From Octopus sinensis (taxonomy: Eukaryota): 64,000 bases of DNA. Under the pieces are notes generated by a model. It saw only the letters and a program-made list of their open reading frames with translations. It did not search any database and was not told where the DNA came from. The first letter of the stretch is position 1; every line of letters begins with the position of its first letter. The stretch lies in NCBI RefSeq assembly GCF_006345805.1, contig NC_043002.1, forward strand, positions 69,812,001-69,876,000, in the 5' to 3' direction. The position numbers were made by a program, and so were the translations under genes. Below, piece by piece: positions 39,714 to 51,257 of this stretch.

Positions 39714-42700
39714 ATGGCAAATCTTAGAATCGGTTGCTTGAATGTGAGAGGCCTCGGGTCACCTTGGAAACAGGGTCACCTGTTAAACGACCTGAGGTTT
39801 CATGATGTGGATGTAGCAGCCATCAGTGAAACCAGGCTCTCCGACCCGCAGGAACTCGCAGCCCTTTTCGGCGGATACGAGATATTTCTATCTCCGTGTC
39901 GGCCGGGAGCGGGCGGTGGTGGTACTGCGGTGTTGTTTCGGAAGGGCCTGGACCTGAAAATAAGGACAGTCTTCTTGGATCCGGAAGGTAAGTTGGTGGT
40001 CCTCGACGTGGACGGTAGTGACGGCGGTGCTTTCAGACTGCTGGCTGCCTACGCTCCGACAGGAGCAGGGCAGTCGGATTATTTCAAACGTCTGGAAGTT
40101 TTCCTGGGAACGTCACGCACTCTAGTACTAGTTGGGGATTGGAACGCTGTCTTAGACGAACGTTTCGATCGGGTGGGCAGGGGAGCGTCTGATAGGAGAG
40201 GGGGAGGGTGCAAGAGCCTCGCCAACTACTCGGCCGCTTTCAGCTGTCCGACAGGTTTCGACTAGACAACCCGAATGTGCCAATGTGGACTTGGACAAAC
40301 CGCATCGGGTCGTCTAGATCGTACTTAGATAGAGTTGTTTGTAGGCCAGCGGATAAGGACAGCGTAGGGTGTCCACAATTCCACCTAGTCGAATATACGG
40401 ACCACAAATTAGTGATCTGTACGGTCGACTTAGATAGGCTACATAGACAGGGACCCGGCTACTGGAAGCTGAACGCGTCGTTAACGGCGTGCAAAGCTTA
40501 CAGAGACCGGATTAGTTTACTAGTTAAGGGGCGCTCACGGGGGCAATCATCAACAACAACTGGTGGTTTGCCCTCAAGAGAGCAATTAGAGTAGAGTCGA
40601 TTAGGTATAGTAAGACTCTAGCTATTGAACGTAGGAAGAGAGAGCGGGATTTAGTTAAGAAACTAGACGAGGCTCTTGACACTGGCATCGCGACCGACGT
40701 GTTGGCGGCAAGGTTGGCCCTCGACCAACACTTCGACGCCAAACACGAAGGCTGCGTTGTCAGAGCTAAGGCACGTTCGCTAAGCGGGGAGGGGACTAGA
40801 GCCGCTCGATGGGCCCGCGTGGCGGAGGCGAAGCGAGGCAACAGAGCAACCATTCGGTCTTTGGTGGACCAGAACGGGCGCGAGGTTACCCAACCGAAGC
40901 AGATGTGTACGGTGCTTCAGCGGCACTTTGCTCAACTGTTTGGGACGAGCGTGTGGAACGGACACCAACGGTACAGACTTCGGTGTGTACCTGGACGGAC
41001 TGCCGCAACTCTCGGACAGCGAGGCAGAGTGCTGCGAAGGACCGATATCTGCCTGGGAAGTACAGGAAGCGATGAAGAGTTGCACGAGAGGTAGATCGCC
41101 GGGTTTGGATGGTCTGCCCTACGAGCTTTACTTTTCAATGCCAGACTTGTTTGCGGACCTGTTGGCAAACGTCTACTGCAACTGGCAGCAAAACGGGAGA
41201 ATTCCTGCTTTTGTCTGTCGAGGGGTGGTGGCTTTGCTAAAGAAGGACCCAAACAAGGGGGACGTTATAGGGAATTTCCGGCCCATCACTCTGCTCAATG
41301 CAGAGTTGAAGATTTTGGCCAAGGTGCTAGCCAAGAGATTGGCGCTCGTCGTGGACAAGCTGGTCGGCGGGACGCAGACATGCGCCGTGCCGACCAGGTC
41401 GATACACGACAACCTCCATCTCATGCGCTACATCATAGAGAGGGTGGGTAACGACGCTGGCGCGGGTGGGGCTTTGATCAACTTGGATCAGAGTAAAGCC
41501 TTCGATAGGGTCGACCATCGGTACCTGGCAGCTGTCCTCAAGGCAGCCGGCTTCGGTCCAGTCTTCCGCGGGGGATCGCTGCTTTATACAGCAACATCTG
41601 CTCGGTGATACGGGTGAACGGTCACCTTTCGGAACCGTTCGACATCTCGCGTTCGGTCCGCCAAGGATGCCCTCTCTCCTCCCTCTTGTACATTTTGACT
41701 CTCGAGCCATTACTGCGCAAGTTGGAGGCTTTGAGGGGCATCCCGCGCGATCTAGGAGGCGGAAACAGCGTGTCTGCTTATGCCGACGACGTCACCGTGG
41801 TGGTGTTGAGCCACAGGCACATTGGCCTGATTGGCGAGACGCTAAACCAGTACGAAGCGGTGACAGGGGCAAAGATTAACGCGGAAAATTCTGTGGGCTT
41901 GCAACTGGGCACCTGGAGAGGCAAGCCCATGCCGTCCAACAGCGTCGTAGGGCGCTGGACAGACGGACCCGTTAAACTGCTCGGGGTCTGGTTCGGTCCG
42001 GACCTCCAGGTGGATAAGAACTGGGAAGAGGTGACGAGCAGGGTGGCACGTCTCACCCAGAAATGGGCCGAGAGGAAGCTGTCCCTGAAAGGTCGAGCGG
42101 AGGTGGCGAATGCGTACATCGCATCCGTCATCTATTACCGCTTGACCGTCGTCCCTTGTCCCGACCGCTGGTTGGCCAAGCTGGTACGCCTGCTCTTCGA
42201 CTTTTTGTGGAAGGGTCAGGTGCCACTGGTCAGGCGATCCATCTGCTGTCAACGACCGCTGAACGGAGGCCTTGGAATGCCGTGGTTGCTGTTGCGCAGA
42301 CATGCGCTCAGGCTGCGGCATCTCAAGCGCTTCCTAGACGGTGAACAGGTGTGGTCGTCTTTGTCAGACGCGATTTTCCGCAGCTCGTCTCTTTGACGGA
42401 GCTGCAGACCTGGATCAAACGTAGACCGAGAAAGGGCGCTTGGCACCTCGAGTGCCGTCAAGCCCTCTCCGCCCTCCGCCAGGCGGGCAATGCGGTCGGT
42501 TACAGCTCCACTCTAGCGTTCTATAGAGGGTTAGTGGAGGAAAAATGCGACGACGTTCTCGGGGAAACTCTAGGCGTTGAAGACGACGAACTGAGCGGTC
42601 TGTTCGGGAGGACTTTCGGGCCGGGGCCGATGGATAATTTCCAGAGGTCTCTCGCCTGGCAGTGCTACCGAGGGGCTCTGCCTGTTCGAGATAAACTCTA

Positions 42701-43144
42701 CCGGCACGGAAGTGCCGTCAGCCGGGCCTGCCCGAGGTGTTGCCAGGACGACGAAACGTTCTGCACGCACTCGTCCAGTGCCCGAGTATTGCTGAAATAT
42801 GGGTTTATGTCGAACAGCTACTGTCACGTGTAGGACGGATCCGACTATCGGCCGAATCCATAGTGAAGATTGTCCCGCCGACCTCCTTTAACAAGGAGGG
42901 CGAGGCCGTTTTCTTGTGCCTAGTGGCTGTGGCGAAAGAGGTCGTGTGGTGGACTCGTTTGAAAGGGCTAAAGTCAGACACTTTCCTCTTTGGTCAAGGC
43001 CTCATCAACTTTTTCAAGTTTCACTTGAAAAGGAAGATGAGGTTAGAGAGGAAAGTGCTGTCCGATAGCAAGTTTTATGAAAGGTGGGTGAATTGTGCGA
43101 GACTGGCCTGTATAAATGGACCAGTTCTCAGGTTTCGCCTGTGA
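39714..43144 (+). pseudogene. Tx1-B ORF2 (APE + RT), six frameshifts and no in-frame stop; possibly intact
   Basis: Contiguous motifs LNVRGL/ISETRL/GDWN/YLDRV/DHKLV, RSPGLDGLPYELY, DQSKAFDRVDH, RQGCPLS, AYADD, CPRC..ET..H across ORFs at 39714, 40208, 40699, 40928, 41605, 42351, 42737. Confidence 0.93.
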
Positions 43145-43425
43145 TTTCAAAGAAAAAGGTAATGTAAAAGGAGAAGAAAGGGGACTCTCTACACCCCCTT
43201 TTTTTGACCAGGCTCCCGTTGGCTTTTGTAGGGTTTTTTCCACCAGGAACCTTTCGAGACGTCTCGCCCTTTTGGGAGTTTTTCATTGTTGAATTTTATA
43301 AGTTGCTATAAAGATTTTTACTCGATGTTTTTAAAAAACGGCAAAACCCTTTGTAACCTTTCGTCCTGTCTTGTCCCTTTATGTAATCATGCGTGTCAGC
43401 CCTTGTGGCCAATAAAAAAGAATTG

Positions 43426-43478
<53 letters not shown>

Positions 43479-43480
43479 TA

Positions 43481-43690
43481 TGGCGGCGAGCTAGCAGAAT
43501 CGTTAGCACACCGTACGAAATGCTCTGCAGTATTTCGACCATCTCTATGTTCTGAGTTCAAATTCTGCCGAGGTTGACTTTGCCTTTCGGGGTCAATAAA
43601 ATAAGTACCAGTTGGGCTCTAGTGTCAAGGTAATCGACTAGTTCCCTACACCGAAATTTCCGGCCTTGTGCCTATAGTAGAAAGGATCAT
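43481..43690 (+). mobile_element. SINE family B monomer with second tail type
   Basis: GGCGGCGAGCTAGCAGAA head, ends GAAATTTCCGGCCTTGTGCCTATAGTAGAAAGG + (ATC)(ATT)n. Confidence 0.75.
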
Positions 43691-43698
43691 CATCATCA

Positions 43699-43744
<46 letters not shown>

Positions 43745-43769
43745 TATTATATTTTTTTTTAAAGCTTCC

Positions 43770-45025
43770 TTTGCGATCACGTGGTTTCGAATTCAGCCAC
43801 TGTGCGACATGTTGGGAAAGCGTCCTCTGCCAAAGCGCCGGGCTAACCAACGATGTCTCGTAATTGAATTTGGTAGATGAAAGCTGTGAGGGTCTTTCGT
43901 GAGTGTGTATATTCCTTTATTCTTCATTCTTTTGCTTGTTTCAGTCATTTGACTGCAGCCATGCTGGAGCACCTCCTTGAAGAGCTTTTTTTTTTCAGTT
44001 GAACAAATCGGTCTTAGGACTTATTTCTTAAGCGTAGTACTTATTCTACCGGATCCTATTGCCGAACCGCTAAGTTACAGCGACGTAAGCACACAAACAC
44101 CGGTTGTCAAGCTGTAATGGGAGGTCAAACACACACACACACATACACACACATAGACAAATATACGACGGGGTTCTTTCAGTTTCCATCTACCAAATCC
44201 ACTCATAAGGCATTGGTCGGCCCGAGGTTGTAGTAGAAGACACTTGCCCAAGGTGCCACGCAGTGGGACAGAACCCAGAACCATGTGGTTGGGAAGCAAG
44301 GTACTTACCACACAGCAACGCCTATATATATTTGTGTGTGTGTGTTGTGTGTGTGTGTGTGTTGTGTGTGTGTGTGTGTTCGCGCGCGCGCGTACCTGTG
44401 TTTGTGTGCCTTTGTATCTATGTTTGTTATCCCCGCCACAATTTGTCAACTACTGTTGTCTTGTTTACGTTACCGTAACTTAGCAGTTCGGCAAAAGAAA
44501 AAACCGACAGAATGAATACCAGCCAATTCATTCGACTAAAGCCCTTTAAGGTCGTGCCCCAGCATGATCGCAATCCAATGAGTGGAACAAGTAAAAGACA
44601 GAAGGTAGAGATTGTAGTTTTGAATTTGGATAAGCAATGCGTACCTCGACCACCTAGGGGACTGTTCACTGAGGATTCAAATCGGAAATGGTAGGCCAAA
44701 CAGATCGAAGTGCGGAAAAGTTAAAGCATATTGTAACTAAACACTCTTTAGACGGGGTTAGGTCCCTCACCACTGCTTGATCACTGGTATTATTTTACGC
44801 CTCTATAACTTAGCGGTTCGGCAACAGCGACCGGCAGAATAAGTACTAAATGTTAAAAATAAGTACAGGGGTCTATCTGTTCGAATAAAACCCCTCAGAG
44901 TGAAGCTCCAGCATGGCCGCAGTCCAATGACTGAAACAATTAGAAGATATACGATAAACGATCTTAGGTGTAGGAGTGGCTGAGTGATATGTAGCTTGCT
45001 TACTAACCACATGGTTCCGGGTTCA
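43770..45025. mobile_element. Cluster of SINE-A pieces in both orientations
   Basis: Family A heads and tails at ~43780 (+), 43920-44320 (-), 44400-44600 (+), 44810-44945 (+), 44967-45025 (+). Confidence 0.7.
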
Positions 45026-45612
45026 TTTCTAGATTCTCTTTCTTGTTTTTGTTTTTTTTGCTCTTTTCAGATAGCTGAGAAATTCAGTATAACAAGACAC
45101 ATCTGTGTACAAATCCCATATTGGCTGAGTCTAGCTTTCATCTCTTCGGCTTTGATTAAAAATATATACATACAGATCGATTAAATCAATTATTCCACTG
45201 CATATATAAAACTGGCATTATGCCTAGTATAAAGAAATTATTATCGTTAAGCTGGCGCAGATAATATAGAATCAAATGAATAACATGCTATCCCGTGTCT
45301 TCACACTTTTTTGCCTTATTCTTCTTAATGGGTCTGCTTTTAAAGTTATATATACTAGCTAATCTACCCACCTACGATGGAGTCGCAGAATGGGGAAGTG
45401 AGGTCGTAACAGCAGTATATATTGAGAAATGTGTAAATGGACTTGATAGTTTACTGGGTGATGTCTTAGAGAAATCACATTGCAGCTATATGATGTGTTT
45501 GCGACTAAGTGACGACAATTCACTCTCCAACTGAAATAGGCTCCCAGAATCTGTATCATGAATGTGGACCACTCCTAACAAAAGCTAAAGCTTTCTTCGA
45601 AAGAAACGAATT

Positions 45613-45684
45613 TGACCCCGACGTGATTCGAACACGCAACCGTCTGATCTGGAGTCAGACGCGCTACCATTGCGCCACAGGGCC
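45613..45684 (-). tRNA. trnW: tRNA-Trp(CCA) copy 3 (U16, C44 variant)
   Basis: 72-nt cloverleaf, variable loop CGGTT. The oligo-T terminator seen at copy 6 is deleted here, and the first T4 is ~30 nt downstream. Confidence 0.92.
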
Positions 45685-46223
45685 ATATGGTCAGAGCTGG
45701 CAAAGAATAGTCTTTTGCGACTACAAGATATTGGTTTCACATATTGTCTGCTGTCTCGATCAGCGATCACTTGTTTTGTAAAATAAATGTCTCGCGGTAT
45801 TTTCTGATTACAAATTGGGTTCTAAAACTACATTTTCTCGATAAATTTAATGACAATATAACCCTTATGATCCTGAAAATAATTCGAAGACACATAAAAA
45901 GTATTAAGAAAAAAATGTTATTTAAATATACTTTTATTTTAATTGTTTACACTATTTTATGCCTGTTTATACTCTTAAACATTCAAAGTTCACAAATTTC
46001 CCTATTTGAACTATGAATCGTATTCCTTTCGATAATATGATTTAAAAATTTTCAAATTACTGGAGTTCGTTTCTCTACTCATAGCGATGTATAACTGGCC
46101 GTGTGTAAACATCAGAGTGGGTAAAAATACACCTACACGATCTAAAGTTTGGCCCTGTGCCTTGTTTGCTGTTATTGTGCGAGCGGAATCTTTAGGGTTG
46201 CGAAAAACTAAACTAGGACTTAC

Positions 46224-46289
46224 CTCTCACTGTTCTATGCGAATAATGTCTGGATGTTCTGGCACCATGGGTTATTTTGATTGACAAAA
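46224..46289 (-). other. Candidate 66-nt internal exon
   Basis: TGTTGTTTACATCTCAG acceptor and GAG|GTAAGT donor. Open only in phase 1-1 (LSIKITHGARTSRHYSHRTVR). Could be a 5' UTR exon. Confidence 0.3.
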
Positions 46290-46883
46290 CTGAGATGTAA
46301 ACAACATCGATTAGCCGTTTCGCTTCCCGCTCGAGACTGACACACTTCAATAATCACTAAATAATTATACACACAATATACTGACATACACTTTTTTCAT
46401 TTTATTTTCGCTATTAGCCGTCCTCGCGATCCCCTTCGTATCTATGATGGGGCCATGATTTATACGAGGAAAATCCAGAGTTACTCATGGTCGGTGAATT
46501 TTTAATAAAAATGCGAAGATGGTTTATCAATTAAAAAATCGATATCCACGAAATAATCATACTTTCTGATTTTTTAATGCTAAAACCCTTCCTGACGACC
46601 GTCTTTGTAATCCCGAAAAATATCGTTACCATTAATCCATCCGTCTGGCCGTGAAGACAAAGAGACGGACAAACGGACATAACACCCATTACAGTAAGAT
46701 AACAAATCTTCCCATCTACGACAGGAAATAAGGGGATGGTATCACAAATTTAAACACTCTAAATTCACGAACAATACGGGGGCGGAGGGAAACCAAAGTT
46801 AATAATCCTCGTTGCCGGAATTTTAACAAAAGAAAAATCAAAGATGATTTATTAATACAGGAGTTTTGTATAAAACTCAATAT

Positions 46884-47280
46884 AGACGCAGGAGTGGCTG
46901 TGTGGTAAGTAGCTTGCTAACCAACCACTTGGTTCCGGGTTCAGTCCCACTGCGTGGCATCTTGGGCAAGTGTCTTCTGCTATAGCCCCGGGCCGACCTT
47001 GTGAGTGGATTTCGTAGACGGAAACTGAAAGAAGCCTGTCGTATATATGTGTATATATATGTGTGTGTGTATGTGTTTGTGTGTCTGCGTTTGTCCCCCG
47101 CGCATTGCTGGTGTGTTTACGTCCCCGTCACTTAGCGGTTCGTCAAAATTGACCGATATAATAAGTACTGGGCTTACAAAGAATAAGTCCCGGGGTCGAT
47201 TTGCTCGACTAAAAGGCGGTGCTCCAGCATGGCCGCAGTCAAATGACTGAAACAAGTAGAAGAGTAAAGAGTAAAAGAGA
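46884..47280 (+). mobile_element. SINE family A, full length
   Basis: AGACGCAGGAGTGGCTGTGTGGTAAGTAGC head (A box TGGCTGTGTGG, B box GGTTCAGTCCC), internal microsatellite, GTAAAAGAG tail. Confidence 0.9.
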
Positions 47281-48017
47281 GTATACACTAAATGATCCTA
47301 GTTTTTCACATTTTTTCCTGATTACTCCTTCGTAATCCCGAAAAACATTGCTGTATCTCCGGTTGGTCCTTATGCTAATAATAAATACACACACTACTTC
47401 TAATTCACATCTGTATCCTTCGCCAAGACCTTCATCCAATCGATCACGAATGGCAATGCAAATAATTGACGGTTGATTAACTAAATGACTGGTAGAACAA
47501 TCGCTTAGTAATTACTGAAATAATTAGCTAATGAAACTGACGAATTATAAAGAATTGAAATAGAGCCATTGCATGTGTTGGTTCTTTGCACAAGAAACGC
47601 CCGTCAACGATATAAAAAAAAAAGAAAAGAAAATATCATATATTTTAACGTCACACAATCTTTATACACGGGATGGTCACAGATGGATTGTGTTTGTGAA
47701 AATTAACAGGTAATTAAACGCGATGGCGGATCGGTAAAGACGTTTGAGTTTGGATAGAATATTTCATAGTATTAGTCACAGGTTTCCGTGTCATGATATG
47801 AAACGCAGCCGAGGTCAGCTTTGTCTTTCAGCTTAGCGCGGTCGATTAATAAAGTAGAATATTTTATCGGTGATGGTCAAAGTAGGAGACGGATGGGCTC
47901 CGCGAAGTTTAGATGAATGAGACATGCAAAACGTTATGATGGACACTCATTTTTGGAAAACACTACTTCATATGTGCTCATTTGATCTGTCTCTTCACGC
48001 ACACACATACACACAAT

Positions 48018-48049
<32 letters not shown>

Positions 48050-48057
48050 TATATATG

Positions 48058-48109
<52 letters not shown>

Positions 48110-48111
<2 letters not shown>

Positions 48112-48320
48112 TTTAGCTTAGTTTTTCTAATGCTCGTAGCTTAGTTTTTCCTGGGGTCTGGCCGGATCGGAGCGATCTCAAGATTAATCAGCCGAAATTG
48201 CTACGATGATCCGGTTCTTGACTGAAGATTGAGGGCTTCGAATGTCCCGTCCGTGTTTTTTGTATCGTCTTCTAAGTGTTTTGCGTTCTTGTCCCAGTTT
48301 GTATTTTTCTACATATAATT
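48110..48320 (+). mobile_element. Family F Penelope-derived piece in a (TA)n tract
   Basis: Near-identical to 34970-35120. Confidence 0.65.
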
Positions 48321-48329
48321 TAATAATTT

Positions 48330-48360
<31 letters not shown>

Positions 48361-48401
48361 ATATATATATATATATATATAGATATATATATATATATCA
48401 C

Positions 48402-48474
<73 letters not shown>

Positions 48475-48716
48475 GAGAGAAAGACTTATACATAAGATGT
48501 GTGCAATGCACTGTGCTTGTAGTAATACAGTGAGTTATAGATTCATGATATTGATGTAAGGGTAATATGCTTTAAACGGATGTCGCTTCACCTACCTGTT
48601 TTTAGAACTTCGTGGTTGCGTGGAGATTTAGGATAGTGCACGAAACTGTTAGATATGGATGCAGATGAAAGAACCGATTGGTCTTATTTTTCCAGTTTAC
48701 TAAGAATGAAGAATAT

Positions 48717-49105
48717 GGATGGAAGCACTCCGTCGGTTACGACGATGAGGGTTCCGGTTGATCCGAATCAACGGAACAGCCTGCTCGGGAAATTAACGTG
48801 TAAGTGGCTGAGCACTCCACAGACACGTGCACCCTTAACGCAGTTCTCGGGGATATTCAGCGTGACACAGAGAGTGACAAGGCCGGCCCCTTGAAATACA
48901 GGTACAACAGAAACAGGAAGTAAGAGTGAGAGAAAGTTGTGGTGAAAGAGTACAGCAGGGATCACCACCATCCCCTGACGGAGCCTCGTGGAGCTTTTAG
49001 GTGTTTTCGCTCAATAAACACTCACAACGCCCGGTCTGGGAATCGAAACCGCGATCCTATGACCGCGTGTCCGCTGCCCTAACCACTGGGCCATTTCGCC
49101 TCCAC
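48717..49105 (-). mobile_element. SINE family D with 13-bp TSD
   Basis: tRNA-like head TGGCCCAGTGGTTAGGGC...GGTTTCGATTCC. TSD GAATGAAGAATAT at 48704-48716 and 49106-49118. Confidence 0.85.
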
Positions 49106-49249
49106 GAATGAAGAATATATTACACCTTGAGAGAAAGTGATACTCTGAAATAAAAATTTTGATTTCTTAAACTTTTGTCTCATATCACTTCAAGTTAGCT
49201 ATATTACTGTAAAAAAAAAAAGCAATGAAAATAGAAAATATAAACTATT

Positions 49250-49321
49250 TGACGCTGACGTGATTCGAACACGCAGCCTTCTGATCTGGAGTCAGACGCG
49301 TTACCGTTGCGCCACAGCGCC
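49250..49321 (-). tRNA. trnW: tRNA-Trp(CCA) copy 4, divergent isodecoder
   Basis: GGCGCTG/CAGCGTC acceptor stem (G4-C69 and U6-A67), C13.A22 mismatch, intact A/B boxes and anticodon arm. Confidence 0.85.
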
Positions 49322-50031
49322 GTATAAATGCGATGTAACGAACAATAGTCTTCTGCCTTACTTTTAGATTTTGCAATTACAAGTTATTGGTTTCATATAT
49401 ATTCTGTCTCGATCAGCAATCAGTTGACAGATTCACGTTCTAAACTTTTAAATCAAGCTTTATTGCTTTATTGCTTTATTGCTAGCTGATGCTAAATTTA
49501 AATCTGCCCATTTCGTCTTAGGTTTTGCTTCGCCCTTTGGTGATCATAAGAAAGACAGGAGTGTCAAACAGTAACCACTGGATCGGAAATCGATTTGCTA
49601 CAAACAACAGTGAAATCTACCTCCAGTGATACGCTGCTGTTCTAAATGAGAGTAAAAAGCCTAGTAAAACGTAGTTTTATGCAATCATGAAAGAGAGGAT
49701 GAAAATAGGTGGATTTTCTTTGGTCAGGATTGATAGGAAAAGAAACAATAACGAGATAACAGATAAGTAAAGTCGTTAGAGGCTTTGGGTAGAATGTCTT
49801 ACAGTAACAGTATTAATTCTGGATTTCTGAGTACTGATTTGAAATCCAGCCCAGGCCAACTTTGCTATTCAGCTTTTCAGGGTCGGTTAATAAAGTAGAA
49901 TTTATCGGTGATGGTCAAAGTTGGTGCGGGATGGGCCTCGCAAAGGTTAGGTGAATGAGACATGCAATATGAAATAATGGCCACTCATTTTGGGAAAAAG
50001 ATACTTGATACGTATTCATTTGATCTATTTC

Positions 50032-50077
<46 letters not shown>

Positions 50078-50533
50078 TGCACATGCACACACATAATGAG
50101 CGAGAGAGACAGTGGGGGAGATAAAGAGGTTGAGAAAGAGTGATTGAGATAATTATCGATAGGATGTATGCGTTGTACTGTATTGTCAGTAAATAGTTAC
50201 AGATCGCTAATATTGATCTAAGAGCAATAGCTCCAGTCGGGTCTCACTTCACCTGTTTTCTTAATCTTGTTGTTAGTTGGAGATTTTGGGGCTCTACTAC
50301 ATTCTACGAAACTGTTAAATATGGGTGCGGATCGATAGCCGATAAGATAGATACTAGTATCAGATTTGTCTTATTTTACCAATTCACTGAAGATGAAGTG
50401 TACAGTTTACCTTGGTGAGAAATGAAACTTTGAACATTAAGACTGAATTTCTTAACGATCTACATTTGTTTCGTATCACTAGCAATTAACTACATTACTC
50501 GAAAAGTAAAAAGAAATGAATTTGAAATCGGTG

Positions 50534-50605
50534 TGACCCCGACGTGATTCGAACACGCAACCGTCTGATCTGGAGTCAGACGCGCTACCGTTGCGCCACA
50601 GGGCC
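50534..50605 (-). tRNA. trnW: tRNA-Trp(CCA) copy 5 (C44 variant)
   Basis: 72-nt cloverleaf, variable loop CGGTT, T5 at 50508-50512. Confidence 0.94.
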
Positions 50606-51208
50606 ATGTGGTTCTTAGACGGCGAAGAATAGTCTTTTACCTTTGCTATTAGATCATGCAACTGCAAGATATTGGTTTCACATATTGTCTGCTGTCTCGA
50701 TCAGCGATCACTTGTTTTGTAAAATAAATGTCTCGCAATATTTTGTGATTACAAATTGGGTTCTAAAACTACATTTTCTCGTAAATCGACTTGCTACAAA
50801 CAGCAGTCAAATCTACCTCCAGTGATAGCCTATCGTTCTAAATGAGATGAAAACCTTGTAAAATGTAGTTTTATAAAATCCTGAAAGGGAAGGTGATACC
50901 TGCAGGATTTTCTTTGGTTAGGATTTAAAGGAAAATAATCAATAACGAGGTAACAGATAAGTAAAGTTGTTAGAAGCATTGAATAGAATGTCTCACAGTA
51001 TAAATCCCGGATTTCTGAATCCTGATTTGAAATCCAGCCGAGGCCAACTTTGCTATTCAGCTTTTCAGGGTCGGTTAATAAAGTATAATATTTTATCAGT
51101 GATGGTCAAAGTTGGTGCGGGATGGGCCTCGCAATGGTGCGGGATGACATAATGGCCACTCATTTTGCAAAAAGACTACTTGATATGTATTCATTTGATC
51201 TATCTCTT

Positions 51209-51239
<31 letters not shown>

Positions 51240-51257
51240 ACTCACGAACACACACAG

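Larger units (their letters stand above)
38729..43421 (+). mobile_element. Tx1-clade non-LTR retrotransposon, copy B, with both ends
   Basis: Starts CATTTTTCAACATTTT (36-nt leader), ends AGCCCTTGTGGCCAATAAAAAAGA. Candidate 5-bp TSD ATTGA at 38724-38728 and 43422-43426. Confidence 0.9.

Noticed and set aside
13544-43421. Tx1 elements as tRNA-array-specific inserters (Dewa-like)
   Set aside because: Both insertions are more than 2 kb from any tRNA and in unrelated targets, so no tRNA-flank specificity is visible.
46411-46699. Helitron/Helentron-like short element ending ACAGTAAGAT
   Set aside because: Single copy in the window, with no clear hairpin or TIR support.
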